DNA of 56,831 nt from Oscillospiraceae bacterium (GTDB lineage Bacteria; Bacillota; Clostridia; Oscillospirales; Oscillospiraceae): NCBI GenBank assembly GCA_009786445.1, contig WQTE01000001.1, positions 1-56,831 on the forward strand, read 5' to 3'. Each line of letters begins with the position of its first letter. Position 1 is the first letter of the stretch. A program made the translations under genes and the position numbers. Positions 10,461 to 18,674 of the stretch are shown in pieces. The notes under the pieces are model-generated. The model worked only from the letters and a program-made list of their open reading frames with translations, was not told where the DNA came from and did no database searches.

Positions 10461-11069
10461 GCTCGCTACCTTTGAGAGTTCTGTTATTCTTTCAAAGTTG
10501 CCGCTACTTATATCTTTTTTCTCGCACAGCCAACTGCCGCCTACTGCATGGATGAATGGAGCACTTAAATATTCCTTGAGATTTTTAGCCGATACGCCTC
10601 CTGTGGGTATAAACTTAACTCCGCCAAACGGACCTGCCAATGCTTTCATTGCAGAAAGGCCTCCATAGACGTTTGCGGGAAAAAACTTTACTATGTTTAA
10701 ATCCAGTTTCAGAGCTTCCATTATTTCGGTAGGGGTCACACATCCGGGTACAACAACTATTTTATTGTCTACACACCATTTTACTACCTCGTAGTCAAAT
10801 CCCGGTGAGACTATGAACTTTGCACCTGCATCTACCGCTGCTTTGCATTGCTCAAGTGTTATCACAGTTCCCGCACCGACACAGATATCGGTACAGCCCT
10901 CTGCTACTTGTTTTATGGAGTCCAATCCTGCTTCAGTTCTGAGTGTAATCTCCATAACATTGATTCCACCCGCTAATAAGGCTTTTGCGGTATTTATTGC
11001 ATCTTCCGATTTTTCCATGACCACAACCGGAACAATACCGCTTTTTTTCATTTCGGCAATAATATCCAT
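10434..11069 (-). CDS. eda: 2-dehydro-3-deoxyphosphogluconate / 4-hydroxy-2-oxoglutarate aldolase (KDPG aldolase)
   Basis: 211 aa. Motifs GIVPVVV..., GGINVMEITLRT, GAGTV, KFFPA, FIPTGG are typical of Eda-family class I aldolases. Confidence 0.85.
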   Translation of the reverse strand: MDIIAEMKKSGIVPVVVMEKSEDAINTAKALLAGGINVMEITLRTEAGLDSIKQVAEGCTDICVGAGTVITLEQCKAAVDAGAKFIVSPGFDYEVVKWCVDNKIVVVPGCVTPTEIMEALKLDLNIVKFFPANVYGGLSAMKALAGPFGGVKFIPTGGVSAKNLKEYLSAPFIHAVGGSWLCEKKDISSGNFERITELSKVASDIAASQSL

Positions 11070-12028
11070 TATACTTTCCCTTTATACTTTTTCGCTGCTG
11101 TTTCCATCAACATATAGAATGCCTGTCCTTCTGAAGCATAACCGGAGTGGTCAAAGTGGGGAGCTCCGCAGACTTCAGTGACTAAGCCGTATCTGTCAAT
11201 TTTTGTGTTGACCGCTGCGCTCATTTTGTTTGCCGCTTCAAGATAGCATCCTTTATCCAGTAATCCTTCGGCAAGTCCCCTGTAGATGGTGTATGCCATC
11301 ATTTGCGGGAAGTTTGTCTCAACGAAAGTTTCGGGATTATCTAAAACATCGTGGAAAAGACCATCTTCACGCATATGTGGAAGTGCACCATCAAGCAATG
11401 TTGTAATTTTACCCAAGAGTTTTTTTCTCTCTGTTCCCGCGCTTTCGGGCAGAGCCGAAAGCACTCTCATTATTCCCGCCAGTGCCCAGCCATTTCCTAC
11501 GCCCCAGACATCGCTGCGTATGAATTTCTTTTCATTTTCGTTATACATATGTCCCAGCAGGTTTTTTTTGGGGACAAATAAAGTATCCCAATAGCCGTCG
11601 ATTTGTTTTATGGCTTCTTTATAGTTACCTGCCGCAGCGAGGTAAGGGGGGAGCATATATACTGAATCTATCCAAAACTCCGGCTTATCCATCACGTGAT
11701 ACAAGATTCCATCTGCGCTTCTCGGCGCAGTTTCCAAAACCCATCTATCGAGCTTTTCCAGCGCATCTTTAAATATTGGGTCGCCGGTTTTTTCGTATGC
11801 AAATAATATTGGCTCACCGGCGGCTACAGGGTCTGTCACTGCGTTATGATGTCCAATCATAGCAGGTCGCCCATCGTCAATTTGACGATGGACGGCCTCT
11901 CGTGCCAAGCAAATAGTTTCCTCTTCGTCTCCGCATTCTAAAAACGCCTGAGCCACAACGCCATGCTCCCAAGGATACCTTTGCATCGCCAGCGTCATGA
12001 GTTTTACCTGCTTTAGCTTATTATTCAT
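11069..12028 (-). CDS. Glycoside hydrolase family 88/105-like (unsaturated uronyl hydrolase-like)
   Basis: 319 aa (alpha/alpha)6-type pattern: RYPWEHGV, FWIDSVYMLPPY (catalytic Asp context), GVGNGWALAG. Start overlaps the eda... see note: its stop overlaps the eda start by 1 nt. Confidence 0.6.
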   Translation of the reverse strand: MNNKLKQVKLMTLAMQRYPWEHGVVAQAFLECGDEEETICLAREAVHRQIDDGRPAMIGHHNAVTDPVAAGEPILFAYEKTGDPIFKDALEKLDRWVLETAPRSADGILYHVMDKPEFWIDSVYMLPPYLAAAGNYKEAIKQIDGYWDTLFVPKKNLLGHMYNENEKKFIRSDVWGVGNGWALAGIMRVLSALPESAGTERKKLLGKITTLLDGALPHMREDGLFHDVLDNPETFVETNFPQMMAYTIYRGLAEGLLDKGCYLEAANKMSAAVNTKIDRYGLVTEVCGAPHFDHSGYASEGQAFYMLMETAAKKYKGKV

Positions 12029-12075
12029 TTAAAAAACCATTCCTTTCAGCAATCTTACGGCAAATAATGTCTGCC

Positions 12076-13614
12076 TTAAGCCTTACTTGCAAGTTCCTGT
12101 ATTCTTCCGTAAAAATCCCTTAGTTCAACGAGGTAATCTGAGTACAGCTTAACATATTTTTTGTATGTTTCGTGCATCTCCATGTTTGGTGTGTATTCTT
12201 TTTCCTTTGTGATATGTTTTTTCACGGTTTCCTTTAAGTCTCCGAACAGCCCTATACCGTTTCCTGCAAGCACAGCGGCTCCCCACATCGCACAATCACT
12301 ACGATTTATCGTGAAATACGGGCGCGCTGCAACATCTGCACTCATCTGTGACCACACCGGATTCTTTGCTCCGCCGCCTATTATACGGACAGGTGTACCC
12401 TTATATTCGGGGTATATCCTATCTTTGCTCTGTATTGCAAGGGCTAGGTCATAGGTGAACGACTCCAGTAACGCACGATAAAAATGCTCTGTACCGTGAC
12501 TCCAATCAAAACCCATCCACATTCCGCGCAGAATGCCGTCAGAAGGCATTGAGCTTCCGCTCAAGAGACCTATTGACATAAGTCCGTTGCACCCGGGTGT
12601 GAGGTCTGCAATCTTGCTGTCCAAATCACGGAAAACTGCGCCCAGATCCTCGCCCTCTTTACGCACAAACGTGTTTACATACCAGTCAATTGTAATGCCC
12701 GACCCTGCCGCAAAATGCACTGTGTAAAACTCTCCCGGAACAGGAGACGCCATTGCATCAAATCTTCCGTATTCGGAATCTGCACGGTATTCAGGCACAC
12801 AACATGAAATCTGCCCGTAGGACGATGCTTCAAACACACCGTCTCCCGGTTCGACCGCCGCAGAGCCCAAACAACCCGCTGCTTTGTCGCCCGCACCTGA
12901 AACTAGTGCGATTCCCTGCTTTAATCCTGTAATTTTTGCCGCTGATGCTGAGAGCTTGCCGCAAACCGTATTAGAAGTGACAACACGCGGCAAAAACTTC
13001 TTATCAAGCCCGATTGCATCACAGGTTTTATCCGACCAGTCATCGGCATTAACATCACATAATCCCGTCCATGCCGAATAGGTACGATCCATTACGGCAT
13101 CTTCGATGTCCAGCTCACCGAGTCGCCCGATAACATAGCCGGAAATCATAAGATACTTGGAGATTTTTTTAGCCTCGTCGGGAAATTCTGTTTTGAACCA
13201 CTCATATTTTGGTGCCATCTGAGGGAAATTCGTGCCTCCCACGCGCAAGAAATGGTCTTTCAGCGTTTCCATCTGCCTGTTGGCATACGGCATATAGCGG
13301 CTATCCAGTGAGCATGACCAGGTTGTTATGTCATTCCAATCCTTGTCCACACCCATAAATCCCGCCATCTGCCCTGTAAACGCTACGGCAGCAACATCCC
13401 CGGATCTATCACCCAGCTTTTGTACCGTCTTTTTCATACAGGCAACAACAGACTCATAGAGTTCCTCACCCTTTTGGATAAAGATGCCCGGCCCAGGTCG
13501 GTAGTCTTTGACACTTTCGATAGCCTCTGTTATGAACTCACCTGCTTCGTTGTAAACTCCAACCTTGATGAAACTGGTTCCCAAGTCAACAGCCATAAGT
13601 AATGTGTTTGACAT
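12076..13614 (-). CDS. FGGY-family carbohydrate kinase (xylulokinase-like)
   Basis: 512 aa. N-terminal MAVDLGTSFIKVGVY actin-fold phosphate-1 motif, and a C-terminal GGGAKNPVWSQM motif. Confidence 0.8.
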   Translation of the reverse strand: MSNTLLMAVDLGTSFIKVGVYNEAGEFITEAIESVKDYRPGPGIFIQKGEELYESVVACMKKTVQKLGDRSGDVAAVAFTGQMAGFMGVDKDWNDITTWSCSLDSRYMPYANRQMETLKDHFLRVGGTNFPQMAPKYEWFKTEFPDEAKKISKYLMISGYVIGRLGELDIEDAVMDRTYSAWTGLCDVNADDWSDKTCDAIGLDKKFLPRVVTSNTVCGKLSASAAKITGLKQGIALVSGAGDKAAGCLGSAAVEPGDGVFEASSYGQISCCVPEYRADSEYGRFDAMASPVPGEFYTVHFAAGSGITIDWYVNTFVRKEGEDLGAVFRDLDSKIADLTPGCNGLMSIGLLSGSSMPSDGILRGMWMGFDWSHGTEHFYRALLESFTYDLALAIQSKDRIYPEYKGTPVRIIGGGAKNPVWSQMSADVAARPYFTINRSDCAMWGAAVLAGNGIGLFGDLKETVKKHITKEKEYTPNMEMHETYKKYVKLYSDYLVELRDFYGRIQELASKA

Positions 13615-13687
13615 AGTAGAAAATCCTCCTGTTTAAAATTGCATAGCCGATTGCGACGCTCAAAACCGCCAGCTTCGCAATTGCCTA

Positions 13688-14737
13688 TTAGAATATTGTC
13701 CTTTCAGTAGCTTCCGGGCTTATAAATACTTTCATAAGTTTTGTGTTAGTTTGTATTTCTTTTAATGCACTTTCAAGCTCTGAGAGGGGAACAACCATCG
13801 AGTACATATGTGAAGGGTCAATCCGTTTGTATTTAAGAATACTTATTGCAACAGCCCAATCATTGCCGATACCGGCACAGGAGCCGGTAACCTTCTTCTC
13901 TCCTACAACAAACTCGAACGGTGATAATCCGGCTCTATCATCGGTAGCGCAGATACCAAAAGCAACAAGTTTTCCACCGCGACGCAGCATTGCGAAGGCT
14001 TGCTCGTAGGTCTTGCTGGTTCCAACCGCTTCAAGGACATAATCAGCCCCAACGCCACCGGTAAGTTTCATTACTTCGGCTATTGAATCGGGAGTTTGAT
14101 TAATGTTGATAAAATAATCTGCTGCCCCCATTTTGCGAGCAACCTCTAAGCGGTCAGCGTTACCATCAATAATAATAACCGGTGCCGCCCCACGAAGTTT
14201 CGCCATAGAAGCATGTAAAACGCCCAGACCTGCACCAATTACCACAACGCTTGAACCAAGTTCACAATCCATGCGTTGTGATGCCTGTATGGCGGTAGTT
14301 AAAGGCTCTACCATTGCAGCTTCATAATCATCAAGGCTGTCCGGTATCAAGAAACAATTTTTCCACGGTACTTTTACATACTCAGCAAAACCACCATGTG
14401 TATGGATACCCAATTGCGTAAATGTTTCACACAACAATTCATCGCCGCGGCGGCAGAAATAACATGTTCCGCAGGATATGCAAAGGTCTGCCGCAACCCT
14501 GTCGCCGACTTTTAACCCTTGAGCGTTTTTGCCAACCTCATCAATAATGCCCCAAAACTCATGGCCTGTGATAAGAGGTAACTTTTCTGATGCATATTTA
14601 CCTGTGAAAATACTCCAGTCAGAGCCGCAGATACCACATAACTTGACTTTTATTAATACCTCATCATCATTGATTTGAGGAATGGGAATATCTTCATATA
14701 CCATTTTGTTAGGTGATTTAACAACTTGTGCTTTCAT
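13688..14737 (-). CDS. Zn-dependent MDR dehydrogenase (sorbitol/threonine dehydrogenase-like)
   Basis: GICGSD, GHEFWG, structural-Zn Cys cluster (CISCGTCYFCRRGDELLC), GAGLGVL Rossmann motif. Start set at MKAQVV... (ATG 14737). The ORF-track extension to 14797 overlaps the upstream gene. Confidence 0.8.
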   Translation of the reverse strand: MKAQVVKSPNKMVYEDIPIPQINDDEVLIKVKLCGICGSDWSIFTGKYASEKLPLITGHEFWGIIDEVGKNAQGLKVGDRVAADLCISCGTCYFCRRGDELLCETFTQLGIHTHGGFAEYVKVPWKNCFLIPDSLDDYEAAMVEPLTTAIQASQRMDCELGSSVVVIGAGLGVLHASMAKLRGAAPVIIIDGNADRLEVARKMGAADYFININQTPDSIAEVMKLTGGVGADYVLEAVGTSKTYEQAFAMLRRGGKLVAFGICATDDRAGLSPFEFVVGEKKVTGSCAGIGNDWAVAISILKYKRIDPSHMYSMVVPLSELESALKEIQTNTKLMKVFISPEATERTIF

Positions 14738-14762
14738 CGTTTTCACTTTGCAGCCCGCCTTT

Positions 14763-15737
14763 TTATTTTGTGAATAATTTATCGTGCCTACCTTCATATG
14801 GAGCTTGAATTAACAGTGGTTTTAAAAACTCAATTGTCTTATCCATACCATCAGCACGACTCATAGTAACATCTTCATGTTCATAAGAAAGTACGCCGTT
14901 ATAGCCCACCATTGCAAGTTCGGTTATAACCTTTTTCCACTCAACGCTACCCCAGCCGGGGATGCGGAAACGATAGGTGCGGTCAAGACGTTGCCAAGAA
15001 CCTTGCATAAGGATTCCGCCATATCCAATGTTGTGGGCAACTATTTCCCCATCTTTAGCATGAACAGTAAATATGCGGTCTTTTAGCGCATTGATGTATG
15101 ATTCAACATGAAGTCCCAGGTAGATTATATTTGCAGGGTCTAAGTTGAAACCAAGGCATGGATGATTGTCCGCAAGTTCCAGCGCACGCAGAGAGGTATG
15201 AATATCATAAATAAAATTGTTTGGGTGAGGTTCAACGGCAAACTTAACGCCATATTCTTTAAACTTATCAAAAATAGGAACAAAATGTTCTGCAAAACAC
15301 TGTTCCTCATACTCCCAACCTTTTGGATATGGGAAGGGGAAATACCTTCCGAAGTTTTCAACCCCTGTAAAACCGATTACAACGTCAACTTCAAGCTCGT
15401 TGGCAAGTTGAGCAGATGCTATAAGGCTTTCAGTTCCGAATTTAATTTTCTCCTCTTTTGTTCCCTTGAAAATGCCATCGGTATCTGCACCATGAGGTCC
15501 CATAATCAACAGAGAATCTGCGTGGTTGCTTAACGCAGAAATTGATAATCCATATGACTCAATCATTTTACGCATAGCCGCAGCTTTACCATTTTTCAGC
15601 CATTCCTGCGTGTCACATTGACCGTTACCATCGTATGTTGCAATTTCAAGAGCCTCGTAACCTCTTTCAGAAACCATTTTTGCAACTTCTTCTAATGGTT
15701 TTTCTGAATAGTTTTGTGTAACAAATCCAATTTTCAA
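14763..15737 (-). CDS. Sugar phosphate isomerase/epimerase (xylose-isomerase-like TIM barrel)
   Basis: AP_endonuc_2-like pattern (FAVEPHP, HAKDGE, SYEHED). Start set at TTG 15737 (LKIGFVTQNY), preceded by a GGAGGAG RBS. The upstream 36 codons of the ORF track look non-coding. Confidence 0.7.
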   Translation of the reverse strand: MKIGFVTQNYSEKPLEEVAKMVSERGYEALEIATYDGNGQCDTQEWLKNGKAAAMRKMIESYGLSISALSNHADSLLIMGPHGADTDGIFKGTKEEKIKFGTESLIASAQLANELEVDVVIGFTGVENFGRYFPFPYPKGWEYEEQCFAEHFVPIFDKFKEYGVKFAVEPHPNNFIYDIHTSLRALELADNHPCLGFNLDPANIIYLGLHVESYINALKDRIFTVHAKDGEIVAHNIGYGGILMQGSWQRLDRTYRFRIPGWGSVEWKKVITELAMVGYNGVLSYEHEDVTMSRADGMDKTIEFLKPLLIQAPYEGRHDKLFTK

Positions 15738-15789
15738 ACTATATCTCCTCCATTTTGCCAATGTGTATTCATGCCTATCATTGTCATAT

Positions 15790-15803
15790 CGTTTTGCAAA
15801 ACG
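15790..15803. promoter_or_regulatory. Perfect 14-bp palindrome CGTTTTGCAAAACG (operator candidate)
   Basis: Self-complementary 14-mer about 50 nt upstream of the TTG start of the TIM-barrel gene, downstream of the SDR terminator hairpin. Confidence 0.35.
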
Positions 15804-15825
15804 CCAAGGAATAGTATACCTCCTA

Positions 15826-15873
15826 AGAGTAAAAATAATATCCACTTACTTGCCCCGCAGGAGCAGGGCAAGT
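15826..15873 (-). terminator. Candidate intrinsic terminator downstream of the SDR gene
   Basis: Minus-strand stem ACTTGCCC / GGGCAAGT (15848-15855 / 15866-15873), followed by a T-rich tract (..TATTATTTTTAC). Confidence 0.5.
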
Positions 15874-15905
15874 ATAGTGTAAAAAATGAATGTGCGGCGC
15901 TTATT

Positions 15906-16667
15906 TTATTTCTCTTGATTAGGTTGACCGTTCCACGCTGAAAGACCGCCGTCAACAGGCAAGTTCACACCACACATATGGTCTGCCGCATCTGATGCGA
16001 GAAATACTATTGCGTTTGCACAGTGTTCAGGCTCGCAAAGCCTCTTGTCGGGCATGTTCTTTCTGAAACTCTCTAAAACTGCCTCGGATGCGCCTGTGAG
16101 GAACATAGGAGTTTTGACAGCACTCGGAGAAACTATATTGACTCTTACGCCTTGTACAGAGTAGTCCATCGCCATCGCTCTTGACATCGCATGAACCGCG
16201 CCCTTGGTTGCGCAATAGAGCGACATATTGTAGTCCCCGCCCATTCCGGATACAGACGATACATTGACTATTGCACCTTTTTTCTTCGCTAACATTTGCG
16301 GTGCTAAAGCCTTACAAGTGTTGAAAACACCTCTCACGTTTATGTCAAACTGGAAGTCATAATCGTCCATCGGTGCTTCATGCAACAGACCTACGCGGAA
16401 TACTGCGGCGTTATTTACAAGCACATCGCATCCACCGCTTGCCTTTACGTCCGCTGCCAGTGCATCTACTTCGGCAGGCTTGGAAACATCCAGTGTTTTC
16501 ATAGCCACCTTGTCTCCGAATGTTTTAGCAAATTCGTCATACGTTTCTTTCAGGGTTTTTTCGTTGTAATCTGCGAGAAAAACTTTGTCGCCAAGTTCAA
16601 GGAATTGCTTTGCTGTAGCCTTTCCTATACCGCTGGCACCCCCGGTCACTACTACGTTTCTTGCCAT
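15906..16667 (-). CDS. SDR-family oxidoreductase (KduD/FabG-like)
   Basis: TGGASGIGKA cofactor motif, NNAAV, catalytic S...YCATKGAV (YxxxK). Only 50 nt downstream of the last BMC-P gene, with no terminator in between. Confidence 0.85.
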   Translation of the reverse strand: MARNVVVTGGASGIGKATAKQFLELGDKVFLADYNEKTLKETYDEFAKTFGDKVAMKTLDVSKPAEVDALAADVKASGGCDVLVNNAAVFRVGLLHEAPMDDYDFQFDINVRGVFNTCKALAPQMLAKKKGAIVNVSSVSGMGGDYNMSLYCATKGAVHAMSRAMAMDYSVQGVRVNIVSPSAVKTPMFLTGASEAVLESFRKNMPDKRLCEPEHCANAIVFLASDAADHMCGVNLPVDGGLSAWNGQPNQEK

Positions 16668-16717
16668 AATACACTTCCTTTATTTTATTATTTGGACACC
16701 AAGTTTTTAGGTATCCA

Positions 16718-16975
16718 TTATTTATAATCAATTGTATAGTGGTCAATAACTCCGCAAATCGTTATGTCTGCCACAATGTCCCTATCTCCCAACACCATAT
16801 TGCTTGCCCCACCGTCAGCAACAACGAGAACAGTGTCGCCAACGCCCGCATCTGCAACATCAAATGCGATTTCACGGCTACCGCTCTCGTTTTCAACTAT
16901 CATGAGTTTGTGCCCGGAAAACGATTCATCTTTAACTGTTGAAACTACGTTCCCTACTACTTTTGCAATTCGCAT
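16718..16975 (-). CDS. BMC vertex pentamer protein (BMC-P, EutN/CcmL/PduN family), paralog 3
   Basis: 85 aa. MRIAKVVGNVVSTVKDESFSGHKLMIV... is the typical EutN/CcmL N-terminal beta-barrel pattern. Confidence 0.85.
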   Translation of the reverse strand: MRIAKVVGNVVSTVKDESFSGHKLMIVENESGSREIAFDVADAGVGDTVLVVADGGASNMVLGDRDIVADITICGVIDHYTIDYK

Positions 16976-16978
16976 ATT

Positions 16979-17245
16979 TTACAGTTCCTCGTTGTAGCTG
17001 TCGATAAAACCTACTATTGCGGCATCGGCAGGTACCAACGGTTGCCTAAACACGCGAGAGGCTTCCTTTGAACCTATCAGATAGACAAAGTCGCCACTCC
17101 CGGCTTGCCTTGTCGCATCGGCAGCCACAATCAGCTTGGTCTTTTTACCATTTTCTATAAGTCTTACTACCAGAAGAGGCACACCTTCCAAGCCCTCAGA
17201 CTTGACAGAAGATACGACCGTTCCGCTCACTTCTCCAGTGTACAT
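16979..17245 (-). CDS. BMC vertex pentamer protein (BMC-P), paralog 2
   Basis: 88 aa. ..GEVSGTVVSSVKSEGLEGVPLLVVRL...VAADATRQAGSGDFV..IVGFID matches the EutN/CcmL pattern. Confidence 0.8.
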   Translation of the reverse strand: MYTGEVSGTVVSSVKSEGLEGVPLLVVRLIENGKKTKLIVAADATRQAGSGDFVYLIGSKEASRVFRQPLVPADAAIVGFIDSYNEEL

Positions 17246-17246
17246 A

Positions 17247-17558
17247 TCACTCGCTCCCGCCTACCTGCGCCTTATCGAATATCCGCGCTCCGCTAACATC
17301 GATATGGTCAATTATCGCCACAATCGAGTTATCCACCGGTTTTCCGTCGGTAGCATTCGTTTGACGTGAAGAACTTCCACTTACAGTCATTACCACTTCT
17401 CCGGTACCTGCACCAACTGTGTCAACACTCACCAGCAATGGTCCGGTTTCCTTAAACGAATCTAAGTCAATCGCCCGGACCAAAAGCAACTTCATGCCCG
17501 AAAGTTTTTCGGTTTTGTTTGTGCTTACTACTGTGCCAACAACCCTGCAAATTTGCAT
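17247..17558 (-). CDS. BMC vertex pentamer protein (BMC-P), paralog 1
   Basis: MQICRVVGTVVSTNKTEKLSGMKLLLVRAI...VDTVGAGTGEVV..IVAIID. Start taken at the internal ATG 17558. The ORF track starts at 17579. Confidence 0.8.
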   Translation of the reverse strand: MQICRVVGTVVSTNKTEKLSGMKLLLVRAIDLDSFKETGPLLVSVDTVGAGTGEVVMTVSGSSSRQTNATDGKPVDNSIVAIIDHIDVSGARIFDKAQVGGSE

Positions 17559-17597
17559 ACTAATGACCATTCCTTTCACTTGGATGCTTCATGCAAC

Positions 17598-18659
17598 CTA
17601 GTCTTCCGGCTTGAACAAAACCTTTGTAAATACTTCCGTTCGGTTAAACATCATTTCAAACGCTTTTTGACCATCTTCCAAACGATAACGGTGTGTAATC
17701 AGCGGGTTGACTTTAATTGCGCCCGACTGCATGAATCTAAGCGCTGTCTCCCATTCATGTATTGGTAGTGGGTTTGGCAATGAATTCCACGATCCGCGTA
17801 TGGTTATTTCGCCGCGTAATATGTGGGCAATCGCATCGTTGGGATAAACTACGTCGTCATATGTTATACCGCAATAGATGACCGTTCCGCTTTTCTTTGC
17901 TGATTGAAGAGACTGTACATATGTGATTTTGTTGCCTGCCAGTTCGACTGCTGTATCTACTCCGCCCGAAGTCAGTGCAATAATCTCCTTGACAGGGTCC
18001 TCCTGCATTGCGTTAATGCCTTTTGTTGCGCCCAAGCGTTCGGCAAGCCTAAGCTTTTCATCAGAAATATCAACCGCATAAACAGTTGTGTAGCCGAGTG
18101 CTCTAAACCATTGAACGGTCATATAGCCAATCGCGCCCATACCATACACTGCGGCAGAACCTCCTGCTTCCACTGTTCCGCTCTGGCGAACAGCGTGCAG
18201 TGCAACGGACATCGGGTCAGCCATGCAACCCATTTCATAGTCAACATTTGAAGGCAACTTCAAGCAATTTGCAGATTCTATCACTATGTATTCCGCCATT
18301 GCGCCATCGCGGCGTGAACCATAATAGTCGTAATTATCGCACATATGGTATTTTGCCGATTTGCAATACTCACAAACACCGCAAGGTATCATCGGTAATG
18401 CAGTCACTCTGTCGCCTACTTCAACGTTTTTAACACCGGAACCTATTTCAAGAACCTCACCTGCAAATTCATGTCCGATTGTTGTCGGGAAACTGTAGGT
18501 GCCTTTGACCATAACGCGTGCTATGTCAGAACCGCAAACCCCGCAGCTTTTAACTTTTACAAGTACCTGTGAGTCTTTCTCTATTACAGGCACATCTACC
18601 TCAACGCAACGTATATCACCGGGAGCAAAAAGGCGCAGTGCTCTCATTTTTGAAGCCAT
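17598..18659 (-). CDS. Zn-dependent MDR alcohol/polyol dehydrogenase inside the BMC operon
   Basis: CGVCGSD, GHEFAG, structural Zn cluster (CGVCEYCKSAKYHMC), GMGAIG Rossmann motif. No obvious terminal extension. Confidence 0.8.
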   Translation of the reverse strand: MASKMRALRLFAPGDIRCVEVDVPVIEKDSQVLVKVKSCGVCGSDIARVMVKGTYSFPTTIGHEFAGEVLEIGSGVKNVEVGDRVTALPMIPCGVCEYCKSAKYHMCDNYDYYGSRRDGAMAEYIVIESANCLKLPSNVDYEMGCMADPMSVALHAVRQSGTVEAGGSAAVYGMGAIGYMTVQWFRALGYTTVYAVDISDEKLRLAERLGATKGINAMQEDPVKEIIALTSGGVDTAVELAGNKITYVQSLQSAKKSGTVIYCGITYDDVVYPNDAIAHILRGEITIRGSWNSLPNPLPIHEWETALRFMQSGAIKVNPLITHRYRLEDGQKAFEMMFNRTEVFTKVLFKPED

Positions 18660-18674
18660 ACTCTTTCTCTCCTT

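Noticed and set aside
10345-10668. 107-aa plus-strand ORF running through the palindromic element into eda
   Set aside because: It starts inside the hairpin core and is antisense to eda for most of its length. The translation shows no family features. The open frame is explained by the palindrome plus antisense coding.
14738-15845. N-terminal extensions of the ORF-track models 13688..14797 and 14763..15845 (also 37033..38175, 25715.., 8911.., 17579)
   Set aside because: The extensions overlap upstream genes or promoters and lack RBSs. They also add residues ahead of well-known family N-termini (MKAQVV.., LKIGFVT.. behind GGAGGAG, MRAAVFEG.., MAEKVY.. behind GGAGG, MKLFNLKIL..). Shorter starts were adopted.
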